Of a DNA stretch of 64,000 nt, positions 30,056 to 38,662 are shown piece after piece (within the stretch, counting starts at the first letter, position 1; every line of letters begins with the position of its first letter). Source of the stretch: Thermoanaerobaculia bacterium (GTDB taxonomy: Bacteria > Acidobacteriota > Thermoanaerobaculia > UBA5066); contig CAVRAY010000001.1 in the NCBI GenBank assembly GCA_963719225.1, positions 3,360,001 through 3,424,000 of the forward strand, in the 5' to 3' direction. Both the position numbers and the translations under genes were made by a program. Under the pieces are notes generated by a model. It had not been told where the DNA came from and searched no databases. It saw only the letters and a list, made by a program, of their open reading frames with translations.

Positions 30056-32773
30056 GAAGAATGCGGGAACCTCGTCGAGGGGAGCGGGACGCCCGATCAG
30101 ATACCCCTGCACGACGTCGCAGCCGAGCTCCCTCAGCGTCGCGAGCTGGTCCTTCGTCTCGACCCCCTCGGCGACGGTCGAGAGCCCGAGGCTGTGCGCC
30201 GTCTGGATGACCGCGCCGACGATCGAGCGGTCCGCCGGAACCCTCGCGACGTCCCTCACGAACTCCCGGTCGATCTTCAGGACGTGAATCGGAAACTTCT
30301 TGAGGTAGGTCAGGGACGAGTGTCCGGTTCCGAAGTCGTCGATCGCGAGACGGATCCCGCGCTCACGCGCGGCGCGAAGGGCCTGGATCGTCAAATCGAG
30401 GTTCTGCATCGCGGCGCTCTCGGTGACTTCGAGCTCGAGGTCCTGGGGGGAGAGCCCCGCCTCCTGGAGGGCGCGGTCGATCGACTCGAGCAGGTTCCCG
30501 TGCTGGAACTGCCGGGCCGAGAGGTTCACGCCGACGCGGACGTCCGGGTGACCGGCGTCGTGCCAGGCGCGCGCCGCCATGCAGGCGTCGTGGAGAACCC
30601 ACTCCCCGATCGGAACGATGAGCCGCGAGTCCTCCGCGGCCGCGATGAACACCGCCGGCTCGAGCGGCGGACCCTTGCCGTCGCGGCCCCATCGGAGCAG
30701 CGCCTCGAGGGCGACGATCTTCCCCGTCGAAAGGGAGCGCTGCGGCTGGAAGTACAGCAGGAACTCGCGGCGCGCCAGAGCGCGTCTCAGGCCGCTGTCG
30801 AGCGACGCGCGCTCGACGGCGGCGGCGCTGAGCGCCGGCGTCGCGAACTGGAAGCCGTTCCGGCCCAGGTCCTTGGCGCGGTAGAGGGCCGTGTCGGCGT
30901 CCTTGCGGAGGCTGTCGGCTTCGAATCCGTCGCGCGGGCAGAGGCTCACGCCGATGCTCGTCGTCACGAAAAGCGGGTGTCCCTCGACCTCGAAGGGCTG
31001 GGCGACCGCCTCGAGGAGCTTCTCCGCGATCGGCGCGACCTTCTCGGGGGTCGCGGCGTCCGCGAGAATGATCGAGAACTCGTCGCCACCAAGGCGCGCC
31101 ACCGTGTCCCCGTCTCTCACGCACGCCACGAGCCGACGTCCGACTTCGAGGAGCAGCCGGTCCCCGATCTCGTGTCCGAGCGAGTCGTTGACGAGCTTGA
31201 ACCGGTCGAGGTCCAGCGTCAGGAGGGCGAGGCCGCGTCCGGAACGCCGGACGTGGGCGAGCGCGACGGCGAGCCGGTCTTGGAACAGCCGCCGGTTCGG
31301 AAGCCCCGTCAGCGTGTCGTGATAGGCCTGGAACTCGATCTGCTGCTCGGCGAGCTTGCGCAGCGTGATGTCGAAGATCGTTCCCTCGAGGACGAGGCCC
31401 GGGCCCTCTTCCGAGGGCACGAGCCCGGCGTTCGCCAGGATCCACACGACGTCGCCCTGCTTTCGCTTCAGGCGGAACTCGAAGTTCGTCAGCGGCCCGC
31501 CCTTCTGCAGAGCTTCGATCAGGCGTTCGCGATCCAACGGATCCACGTAGGGGTTGAAGAGCGTCCGGCCGACGATCTCGGAGCGGCCTTCGTACCCGAG
31601 GATGCGGGCGAAGGCGTCGTTGCAGTCCAGGATCAGGCTGTTCGGAGCGGACCGGAACACGCCGGCGAGGTTCCTCTCGAAGAGCCGTCTGTAGTGCTCC
31701 TCGGATTTCCTGAGCACTTCGGCCGCACGCCGTTTCTCGAGCACGAGGCCGAGGTGCTGGGACACGAACGTCAGGAGGTGCTTCTCGCGGTCCCCGTAAC
31801 GGCGGCTCTCCTCGTAGGTCTGCACGACCAGCACCCCGATCGTCTTCTCCCCGGCCTTCAGCGGCACGCCGATCCAGTCGAAGGAAGGCGCGCCGACGAG
31901 CTCCACTTCCCCCCGGGTCACGAGCTCCTCGAAGACCTCGGGGCTCGCGAGGAGCGGTTCCCCCGAGCGCAGAACCCAGTCCGTCAGCCTCTTGCGGGGC
32001 GGTCCCGGCGACGGAGGCGCGTCGAACTGATCCACGAAGTACGGAAAACTCAAGGTGCCGTCCTCGTCGAGGAGCGCCACGTAGAAGTTGCGCGCGTCCA
32101 TGAGGAAGCCGACCTCGCGATGGATCGCGGAGAAGAGCTCCGCGAGGTCGGTCGTCACGACCGCCGCCTCGGAAATGCGATAGAGCGCCCTCTGCCTCGA
32201 GGCCGCGCGCTCGCGGCCGACCGCGCTCGACACGACCCCTCCCACGATCTCCAGCAATCGGACGTCGTCGTCGGGCCATGAGCACTCGCGCCGCGCGGCG
32301 ACTCCGAGAATCCCGAGCCTCTCTCCTTCCGTCTCGAGGGGAACCCAGACGAAGGCGCGAACGCCCGAGCGTTCCAGAAGAGAGCGCTCCGCTTCCGCCT
32401 CGGGGGGCAGGTCGGCGAGAGACCTCAGGCGGATTCTCCGGAAACTCGGGAGCTGTCCGCGGAACCAGGGGAAATGCACGAGGGGGAGATCGACCGCCGG
32501 CGCGACCTCGACGCCCGGCGCGACCCACCGATGTGCGTTCCTCAAGGTGAGGCCGTTCTCGGCAAGCAGCCAGACCGAGCACGTGTCGGCTCCGAGGAAC
32601 GTTCCGAGCCGTTGGACCGTCTCGGCCATGCCCAGGGCCGTCTGGTCGGGACCGAGGTGCATGAATTTCGTGGACGTCTCGGCGACGATGCTCTCGAGCT
32701 CGATGCGGCGTCGCAGCGCGTTCTCGACGCTGCCGTCCTCCCCGTGGCGCTCAGAATCTGTGTCTTCGTTCAC
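30035..32773 (-). CDS. GAF-GAF-PAS-GGDEF-EAL diguanylate cyclase/phosphodiesterase
   Basis: HDTLTGLPNR, RLGGDEF, EALLRW and DDFGTG motifs. The GTG start at 32773 overlaps the MFS stop (GTGA). Confidence 0.9.
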   Translation of the reverse strand: MNEDTDSERHGEDGSVENALRRRIELESIVAETSTKFMHLGPDQTALGMAETVQRLGTFLGADTCSVWLLAENGLTLRNAHRWVAPGVEVAPAVDLPLVHFPWFRGQLPSFRRIRLRSLADLPPEAEAERSLLERSGVRAFVWVPLETEGERLGILGVAARRECSWPDDDVRLLEIVGGVVSSAVGRERAASRQRALYRISEAAVVTTDLAELFSAIHREVGFLMDARNFYVALLDEDGTLSFPYFVDQFDAPPSPGPPRKRLTDWVLRSGEPLLASPEVFEELVTRGEVELVGAPSFDWIGVPLKAGEKTIGVLVVQTYEESRRYGDREKHLLTFVSQHLGLVLEKRRAAEVLRKSEEHYRRLFERNLAGVFRSAPNSLILDCNDAFARILGYEGRSEIVGRTLFNPYVDPLDRERLIEALQKGGPLTNFEFRLKRKQGDVVWILANAGLVPSEEGPGLVLEGTIFDITLRKLAEQQIEFQAYHDTLTGLPNRRLFQDRLAVALAHVRRSGRGLALLTLDLDRFKLVNDSLGHEIGDRLLLEVGRRLVACVRDGDTVARLGGDEFSIILADAATPEKVAPIAEKLLEAVAQPFEVEGHPLFVTTSIGVSLCPRDGFEADSLRKDADTALYRAKDLGRNGFQFATPALSAAAVERASLDSGLRRALARREFLLYFQPQRSLSTGKIVALEALLRWGRDGKGPPLEPAVFIAAAEDSRLIVPIGEWVLHDACMAARAWHDAGHPDVRVGVNLSARQFQHGNLLESIDRALQEAGLSPQDLELEVTESAAMQNLDLTIQALRAARERGIRLAIDDFGTGHSSLTYLKKFPIHVLKIDREFVRDVARVPADRSIVGAVIQTAHSLGLSTVAEGVETKDQLATLRELGCDVVQGYLIGRPAPLDEVPAFFSGALTL

Positions 32774-34233
32774 GAGACCGGGGTGCCACGCGCCGCCAGG
32801 GCCGAGCGCGTTTCCTGCCACTTCCCGCGGGTGATCCCGTATCGCGAGATCGCCGCCAGAGCGAGCGGAGCGACGGCGAGGAGAAGGTACGTCGGAACCA
32901 TCGCGAGCTGGAACTTTATCCGAGGCCCGGGGGGCCCCGTCGTCGGATCGAATCCGATCAGATCGAGAGCGAGGCCGGCGACGAGCCAGCTCACGGAAGT
33001 GCCGAGCTTGTACGCGAAGATGTACACGCCGAAATAGAGACCCTCGTCCCTCTTTCCGGACCGCAGCTCCTCGAGGTCGGCGGCATCGGCCGTCATCGAG
33101 TTCGGAATCGACATGAAGGCGCCGTTCCCGATTCCCGCGACGAACATGAAGAGAGCCAGCGTCAGGACGACGCTTCCCCTCTCGGTCGGAAACAGCTTCC
33201 ACCAAACGTGCGTCCAGGGCGCCCCGACGAACCCGACGAAGCCGATGAAGAGCCCGGCGACGAGGGCGGTCTTCTTCTCGAACCGTCGCGTGAACCAGAG
33301 CCAGAAAGGCTGGGAGAGGACGGAGGCCCCGAGGACCGTCAGACCCAGGACGCCGATCTGAGGTCCCGAGAGGCCGTACGTGTAGGTGTTCACGTGGACG
33401 CCGATGTTGATCCCGAACTGGAAGCCCGCTTCCAGGACGAAGATCATCGCGGCGAGGGCGAGGAGCTCGCGGTTCTTCAGGGCACCGACGAAGTCGCCGT
33501 AGAGATTCCGGAGGGAGACGGCGCGCCGGCGCATCGCTTCCGTCCTCTGCGGGAGTGAAGGAATCGCCCGCTTCGTCGCGAGGAACGAGACGGCCGTCGC
33601 GAGGACGATGAGGACGCAGAAGAACAAAGCCATCTTCGGGTAGGCCGCCGGGTTCAGCTGTCCGCGAGGGAACACAGGTGTCGAGCGGAAGAACACGAGC
33701 GGCGCGGCCGCGATGGCGACGATCATGCCCGCGAGGTAGAACGCGGCGCGCGTGGCCTGGATGGACGAGCGCTCGTCGTAGTCCGTCGACAGCTCCCCTC
33801 CGAGAGCGAGGTACGGAACGTAGAAGACGGTGAGGGCCGTCTTGAGGAGGAGGAGGACCACGGCGAACGTCGCGAAGCGCCACACGGCGGGCGCCTCGGG
33901 GCTGATCGTCCACAGGAGCGTGGAGAGGACCGCGATCGCGAGGCCGCCGGTGAGGAGGTAGGGGTGGCGGCGCCCGAGCGCACGCGTCTGGGTGTTGTCC
34001 GACAGGTAGCCGACGAGCGGATCCGTGAGGGCATCCCACACGGCGGAGATCGCAATCGCGATCCCGGCCCAGGCATGCGGGATCTTCAGGATGACCGTGG
34101 CGAAAAAGAGGAGGAACGTCGCCGTGGCCTGATACGGCACCGCGTACGCGAGGTTCCCGGCGCCGTAGCCGACTTTCCGAAGCGCCGGGACCCGGATCGC
34201 GGAAACTTCAGGCTCCGCGGCCCGCGAGAGCAT
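32770..34233 (-). CDS. MFS transporter, glycoside-pentoside-hexuronide (MelB-like) family
   Basis: KVGYGAG, WDALTDPLVGYLSDNT..LGRRHPY, ELSTDYDER and RDEGLYFG motifs; about 12 TMs. Confidence 0.9.
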   Translation of the reverse strand: MLSRAAEPEVSAIRVPALRKVGYGAGNLAYAVPYQATATFLLFFATVILKIPHAWAGIAIAISAVWDALTDPLVGYLSDNTQTRALGRRHPYLLTGGLAIAVLSTLLWTISPEAPAVWRFATFAVVLLLLKTALTVFYVPYLALGGELSTDYDERSSIQATRAAFYLAGMIVAIAAAPLVFFRSTPVFPRGQLNPAAYPKMALFFCVLIVLATAVSFLATKRAIPSLPQRTEAMRRRAVSLRNLYGDFVGALKNRELLALAAMIFVLEAGFQFGINIGVHVNTYTYGLSGPQIGVLGLTVLGASVLSQPFWLWFTRRFEKKTALVAGLFIGFVGFVGAPWTHVWWKLFPTERGSVVLTLALFMFVAGIGNGAFMSIPNSMTADAADLEELRSGKRDEGLYFGVYIFAYKLGTSVSWLVAGLALDLIGFDPTTGPPGPRIKFQLAMVPTYLLLAVAPLALAAISRYGITRGKWQETRSALAARGTPVS

Positions 34234-35881
34234 TCCGCACCTCCCGTTTCAGGACCTTCCCCTGAATGCTGCGCGGCAGCTCGGGGAAGACCCTCACTTC
34301 GTCCGGCCGCTCGGCCGGCGGGAGACGCGACGAGAGGTAAAGGAGAAGCTCTCTTGCGAAGGCGTCGGGGCGCACCTCGTTCCGAAAGCGCGCCTTGAGG
34401 GACACGGCCGCCACGATGGTTTCGGTCCCGGGCAGGTGAACGGCGCAGACCTCCTTCACGCGCGGGTCCTCCGCGACGGCCTCCTCGATGACGCGCGGAT
34501 GGAGACAGTGGCCCGCGCGGCGGAGGATGTCCTGCTTTCGCTCGAGGACGTGGAGCCTGCCGGCATCGTCGAGGAACCCCATGTCGCCCGACCGCCACCA
34601 GCCGTACGGGGGATCGCACGGCGGCCCGGCCGAGACGTGGAGGCGTCCGTCGGCGCCGTAGGACGCCACGTCGGCGGAGGCGCGAACCGCGCGTCGCGCC
34701 CGTGCCGTCCGCTCGGGATCCCCGAAGTAGCCCGCGGTGATCGCCGGACTCGAGACGAGAACCTCTCCGATCTCGAAGGCCCCGAGAGCCCGGCCGTCCT
34801 CGGCCTCGATCATGATGCGTACGCTTTCTGCGGGCGTCCCCGCGGACGAAAGCACCTCCGGGCCCGCGGGACGCTCGCGCGTGCCGTGGTCTTCGGTTCC
34901 GAGAACGGTCACGGGAGGAGGACACTCGGACATCCCGTAACCCTGGAGCAGCACGGGACCGAGCCGGCGCACGGCTTCGGCGACCGTCGCTGCCGGCGTG
35001 CTCGCGCTCCCGTACACGATCATCTTCAGAGCGCCGAGGTCTCTCTCCTCGAGAGGGGTGTCGAGAAGATCCGTGAGCTGGCTGGGCGTGAGAAACGCGA
35101 ACGAGATCTGTTCGCCTTCGATGAGATCGAGCATCCTCGCGGCGTCGAAGCCGTCGGGCACGTGGTTCGTCATTCCGAGGACGAGCGTGGGGACGACGAA
35201 CCCGCTGCCGGCCGCGAAGATGGGCACCCCGGTCAGGAATCCCTCGGCGACGTCGGACGAGGCGACCCTGTCGATGAGCCGGAGGAGCCTCAAGCACGAG
35301 TCGGCGGCGGCGCGATTCGTCGCGGTGACGCCCTTGGGAGCTCCCGTCGTGCCCGACGTGAATCCGAGTCCCGAGAGGGAATCGGGGTCGATCGGGCGGG
35401 TGCTGTGGCGTGGAGCCGTGGAGGCGAGAAGGCCGTGGTAGTCGTTCGCCTGACCTCCCGCGGGAAGCAGCGCGGCCTGAGGGAGGACGGCGCGCACGAC
35501 GTCGGAAACGTGCGGCGAAAAGGACGGATCGTGGACGACGAGCCGGGGACGAACGCGGAGGAGGAGTGCCGCGAGATCTCCCGGCGAGGGCATGGGAGGG
35601 ATGCCGAGGAGCGTCGAGCCGGTCTCGATGGTCGCGAGGCGCGCTTCGTAGAGCTCCTCGAGGCGCGGGGAGAACACGTACGCGACGACGTCCGAAGGGC
35701 CGACGCCGCGGTCTTCGATCGCCGCCGCGAGGCGCAACGACCGGTCCTCGAGCTCGGCGAACGTTCGCGAGACTCTGTCCGTGACGAGCGCGACGCGGGA
35801 CGGGAAGCGCGTGAAAGCGCCTCTCACGAGGTCTCGTACGGAAGGCGGCTCGTCGGGGACGGCTCGGGGCGCCTCCCCCAT
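34208..35881 (-). CDS. Class I adenylate-forming enzyme (acyl-CoA ligase-like)
   Basis: FTSGTTGAPKG, GYGMSE, RSGD and PRSIQGKVLK motifs. The ATG at 35881 overlaps the TBDR stop (TGATG). Confidence 0.88.
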   Translation of the reverse strand: MGEAPRAVPDEPPSVRDLVRGAFTRFPSRVALVTDRVSRTFAELEDRSLRLAAAIEDRGVGPSDVVAYVFSPRLEELYEARLATIETGSTLLGIPPMPSPGDLAALLLRVRPRLVVHDPSFSPHVSDVVRAVLPQAALLPAGGQANDYHGLLASTAPRHSTRPIDPDSLSGLGFTSGTTGAPKGVTATNRAAADSCLRLLRLIDRVASSDVAEGFLTGVPIFAAGSGFVVPTLVLGMTNHVPDGFDAARMLDLIEGEQISFAFLTPSQLTDLLDTPLEERDLGALKMIVYGSASTPAATVAEAVRRLGPVLLQGYGMSECPPPVTVLGTEDHGTRERPAGPEVLSSAGTPAESVRIMIEAEDGRALGAFEIGEVLVSSPAITAGYFGDPERTARARRAVRASADVASYGADGRLHVSAGPPCDPPYGWWRSGDMGFLDDAGRLHVLERKQDILRRAGHCLHPRVIEEAVAEDPRVKEVCAVHLPGTETIVAAVSLKARFRNEVRPDAFARELLLYLSSRLPPAERPDEVRVFPELPRSIQGKVLKREVRNALAGRGA

Positions 35882-38631
35882 CAGAAATCGATCCGCGCGG
35901 CGAGCTGCAGCTGCCGGGCCTGGTAGAGGTCGTTCGTCGAGGGACGCGGCGCGCCGAAGTCGGCCGCGCTCACGATGTTGCTGTAGCTGTCGGGATCGTA
36001 GTTCTTCCGGTTCGTCACGTTGAAGCACTCGGCGATCAGCTCGAGGCCGACAGGGCCCAGGACGAAGCGCTTCGCGAGTCGCAGGTCCCATCGGAAATAG
36101 CTCGCCGAGAGCTCGGAGTTGCGGCCGAAGCCCGCCGGGCGGTCCTGGCCGAACGGGGGCGCGTCGTCGAGGTTCGCGTCGAAGCCGAGGAGGCGGTTGT
36201 ACGCCCGGCCGGAGCCCACGGTCACGATCGTGCCGAGCGTGAACGCAAAGGGCGTCTTCGAAAGGAGGTCGTAGGAGCCGTTCGCGACGAGGCGATGGCG
36301 CTGGTCGTTGCGCGCGGGTCCACGGTCCTGCCCGAAGGGATCGGACGAGCGCGCATCGCTGACGTTGACCGCGAAGAACTCGGCTTCGTTCGTCGCGCGC
36401 GACCACGTGTACGACAGCTGAGCCTGCCAGTCGTCCGAATAGGCCTTCCTGACGGTCGCGAGCAGGCCGTAGTACGTCGAGTTTCCGTCCGAGTGGACGC
36501 GGCGCACCGATCCGAGCTGCGGGATGGGCCGCGGCGAATTCGGGTTCGACGGATCCGCACGCAGGTTCTCGCGCACCTCGCCCAGCTCGTGCCGGCCGAG
36601 GATGTAGACGCCGTCGGCGGACACCGCCCAGCCGTGCCCGACCGCCTGCGAGAGACCGAGGCTGTACATGAGCGTATACGGCGTCTGCATGTCGGGGTCG
36701 TTCGCGCGTACTTCCGGCGCGACGCCGATCGCCGGGAGCTTCGTGATGTCGGGCGCCGTCACGCCGTTGCACGCCCCCGCGACGGCGAAGCACGGGTACG
36801 CCTTGATCGTGAAATTCTGCCCGTTGAAGATGTCCTCGTTCAGGCTGAGGTTGTTGAAGATCTCGAAGTAGAACATGCCGGCGCCGCCGCGGACGACCGT
36901 CGTCCCGCGCCCGGTCGGATCCCACGCGAATCCCAGGCGCGGCGCGACGTTGTTCCTGTCCTCCGACGTCGGGGTCCTCAGCACCGGGTTCCCCGCAGCG
37001 TCCTTCAACGGAAAGACGAAGTCCGAGTTCAGAGCGCCGTCCTGGAGGTCGTAGCGCACGCCGAAGTTCAGCGTCAGGCCCTGCGCGATGCGCCACTCGT
37101 CCTGGACGAATCCGCTCCAGAAGTTGATCTGATTCAGGGTGGAGGGGTCTCCTCCACCCTTGATGTAGAGCCGCGCCGTCTTGTCGTCGCCGAGGTATGT
37201 GAACTGGCCCGCGACGAAGAGGTTGAACGTCACGTCTCCCTGCCAGCGCGAGAAGCCGCCGCCGAGCTTCAGGAAATGGTTGCCCGCGGTCAGCGCGAAC
37301 GTGTCGTCGAGCCCGTACCGCTGCTCCTTGCCTCTCTGCGGGAACCGGGGGTTGCCGCCCGCGCTGTACGTCGCGTGCGCCTGGCCGACGTCCGACGAGT
37401 TCGGCGGCGAATCCTGGTCGAAGATGAGCGCGGTCAGCCGTGCGTCGTTGTACGACTTCGCCGAGGGCGACCACTGGTGGGCGAGGATCCAGCCCTGGCT
37501 CTTCGACGCCTGCGCGTAGCCGTACGACGCCGCGAGGCTGCCGCCCACGTTCAGGTTCGTCTGGTCGCGGTCGTCGTAGCGATACGAGAGCGTCAGGTGG
37601 TGCCGGGGAGTCGCGGCGACGTCGACCTTGGCGAAGGCAAGCTTGCGGTCGGTCTCCTGCGGGACGCTGCCGGAGAGGTCGGGGCGGACGGGAATCGAGA
37701 CGACGACCTTGGGATTCGCGTCCAGCTTGTCGAACGAGCCGAAGAAGAACGCCTGGTCCCTGAGGAGCGGACCGCCGAGCGTCGCCCCCCAGTTCTGCCG
37801 CCGGTAGTCGTTGGGCTGATTCGAGAAGAACGGCTCGGCCGTCAGGGAGTCGTTCCGGAGGTAGTAATAGGCCGTCCCGTGAAAGGCGTTCGTGCCCGAC
37901 TTCGTGACGACGTTCACGACGACGGAGTTCGAACGCCCGTACTCGGCGGAGAAATTGTTCGTGACGACCTGGAACTCCTGCACCGTGTCCTGGCTGACAT
38001 TGGCCTGCTGCCCGCCGACGATGAAGTTGTTGTTGTCGGCGCCGTCGAGCGAGACGTACGTCCATCGCGCTTCCTGGGCGCCGCCGGCGACGACGCCGGT
38101 GAACGCCACGTCGCGGCCGGGAGTCGTGCCCGGCGCGAGGAGCGCGAGCTCGAGGTAGTTGCGCGTCGCGAGCGGCAGCGACTTGACCTGCTGGGGCGTG
38201 ACGATCGAGGCGACCTGCGAGGACGTCGGATCGATGAGCTCGACCGTGCTCGAGACCTGGACCTCCGCCGCTGCCGCGGCGCGCATCCGGATCGGGAGCA
38301 CCGCCTCCTGCCCCACGGCGAGGCGCAGCCCCCCCGAGCGAAAGGCGCTGAAGCCCGCGAGCTCCGCGGTGACCGCGTACGTCCCCGGCCTGAGGAGGGC
38401 AATCCGAAAGTCCCCCGCGCTTCCGGTGACGGCGCGGCCCGTGATGCCGCGCTCCTCGTCGCGCGCGGTGACGGCGACACCGGGGAGCGGCGCGCCGTCC
38501 TGGTCCACGACGACCGTTCCCGAGAGAGTGGCCGTGTCGGCGGCAGAGGCGGCCCAGGACCACGCGATGAGCGCGACGAGGGCGAGGACGAGAGCCGGAA
38601 AAGGCTTCGTCGGGTGTCCCGGAATCCTCAT
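35881..38631 (-). CDS. TonB-dependent receptor (Oar-like, carboxypeptidase-regulatory N-domain)
   Basis: Signal peptide; VQEFQVVTNNFSAEYGR, NVVTKSGTN, QDEWR and APRLGFAWD motifs; ends QLAARIDF. AAGGAG RBS before ATG 38631. Confidence 0.92.
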   Translation of the reverse strand: MRIPGHPTKPFPALVLALVALIAWSWAASAADTATLSGTVVVDQDGAPLPGVAVTARDEERGITGRAVTGSAGDFRIALLRPGTYAVTAELAGFSAFRSGGLRLAVGQEAVLPIRMRAAAAAEVQVSSTVELIDPTSSQVASIVTPQQVKSLPLATRNYLELALLAPGTTPGRDVAFTGVVAGGAQEARWTYVSLDGADNNNFIVGGQQANVSQDTVQEFQVVTNNFSAEYGRSNSVVVNVVTKSGTNAFHGTAYYYLRNDSLTAEPFFSNQPNDYRRQNWGATLGGPLLRDQAFFFGSFDKLDANPKVVVSIPVRPDLSGSVPQETDRKLAFAKVDVAATPRHHLTLSYRYDDRDQTNLNVGGSLAASYGYAQASKSQGWILAHQWSPSAKSYNDARLTALIFDQDSPPNSSDVGQAHATYSAGGNPRFPQRGKEQRYGLDDTFALTAGNHFLKLGGGFSRWQGDVTFNLFVAGQFTYLGDDKTARLYIKGGGDPSTLNQINFWSGFVQDEWRIAQGLTLNFGVRYDLQDGALNSDFVFPLKDAAGNPVLRTPTSEDRNNVAPRLGFAWDPTGRGTTVVRGGAGMFYFEIFNNLSLNEDIFNGQNFTIKAYPCFAVAGACNGVTAPDITKLPAIGVAPEVRANDPDMQTPYTLMYSLGLSQAVGHGWAVSADGVYILGRHELGEVRENLRADPSNPNSPRPIPQLGSVRRVHSDGNSTYYGLLATVRKAYSDDWQAQLSYTWSRATNEAEFFAVNVSDARSSDPFGQDRGPARNDQRHRLVANGSYDLLSKTPFAFTLGTIVTVGSGRAYNRLLGFDANLDDAPPFGQDRPAGFGRNSELSASYFRWDLRLAKRFVLGPVGLELIAECFNVTNRKNYDPDSYSNIVSAADFGAPRPSTNDLYQARQLQLAARIDF

Positions 38632-38662
38632 GTCGTCTCCTTCCACCGAACGCGCGGGTTCT

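Noticed and set aside
34208-38563. 1451-aa ORF (and 30035-34039, 57814-59769, 11904-15014) read as giant fusion proteins
   Set aside because: The N-terminal parts are off-frame overlaps of upstream genes. The real starts are at coupled stop/start junctions or RBS-backed codons (35881, 32773, 58842, 13341).
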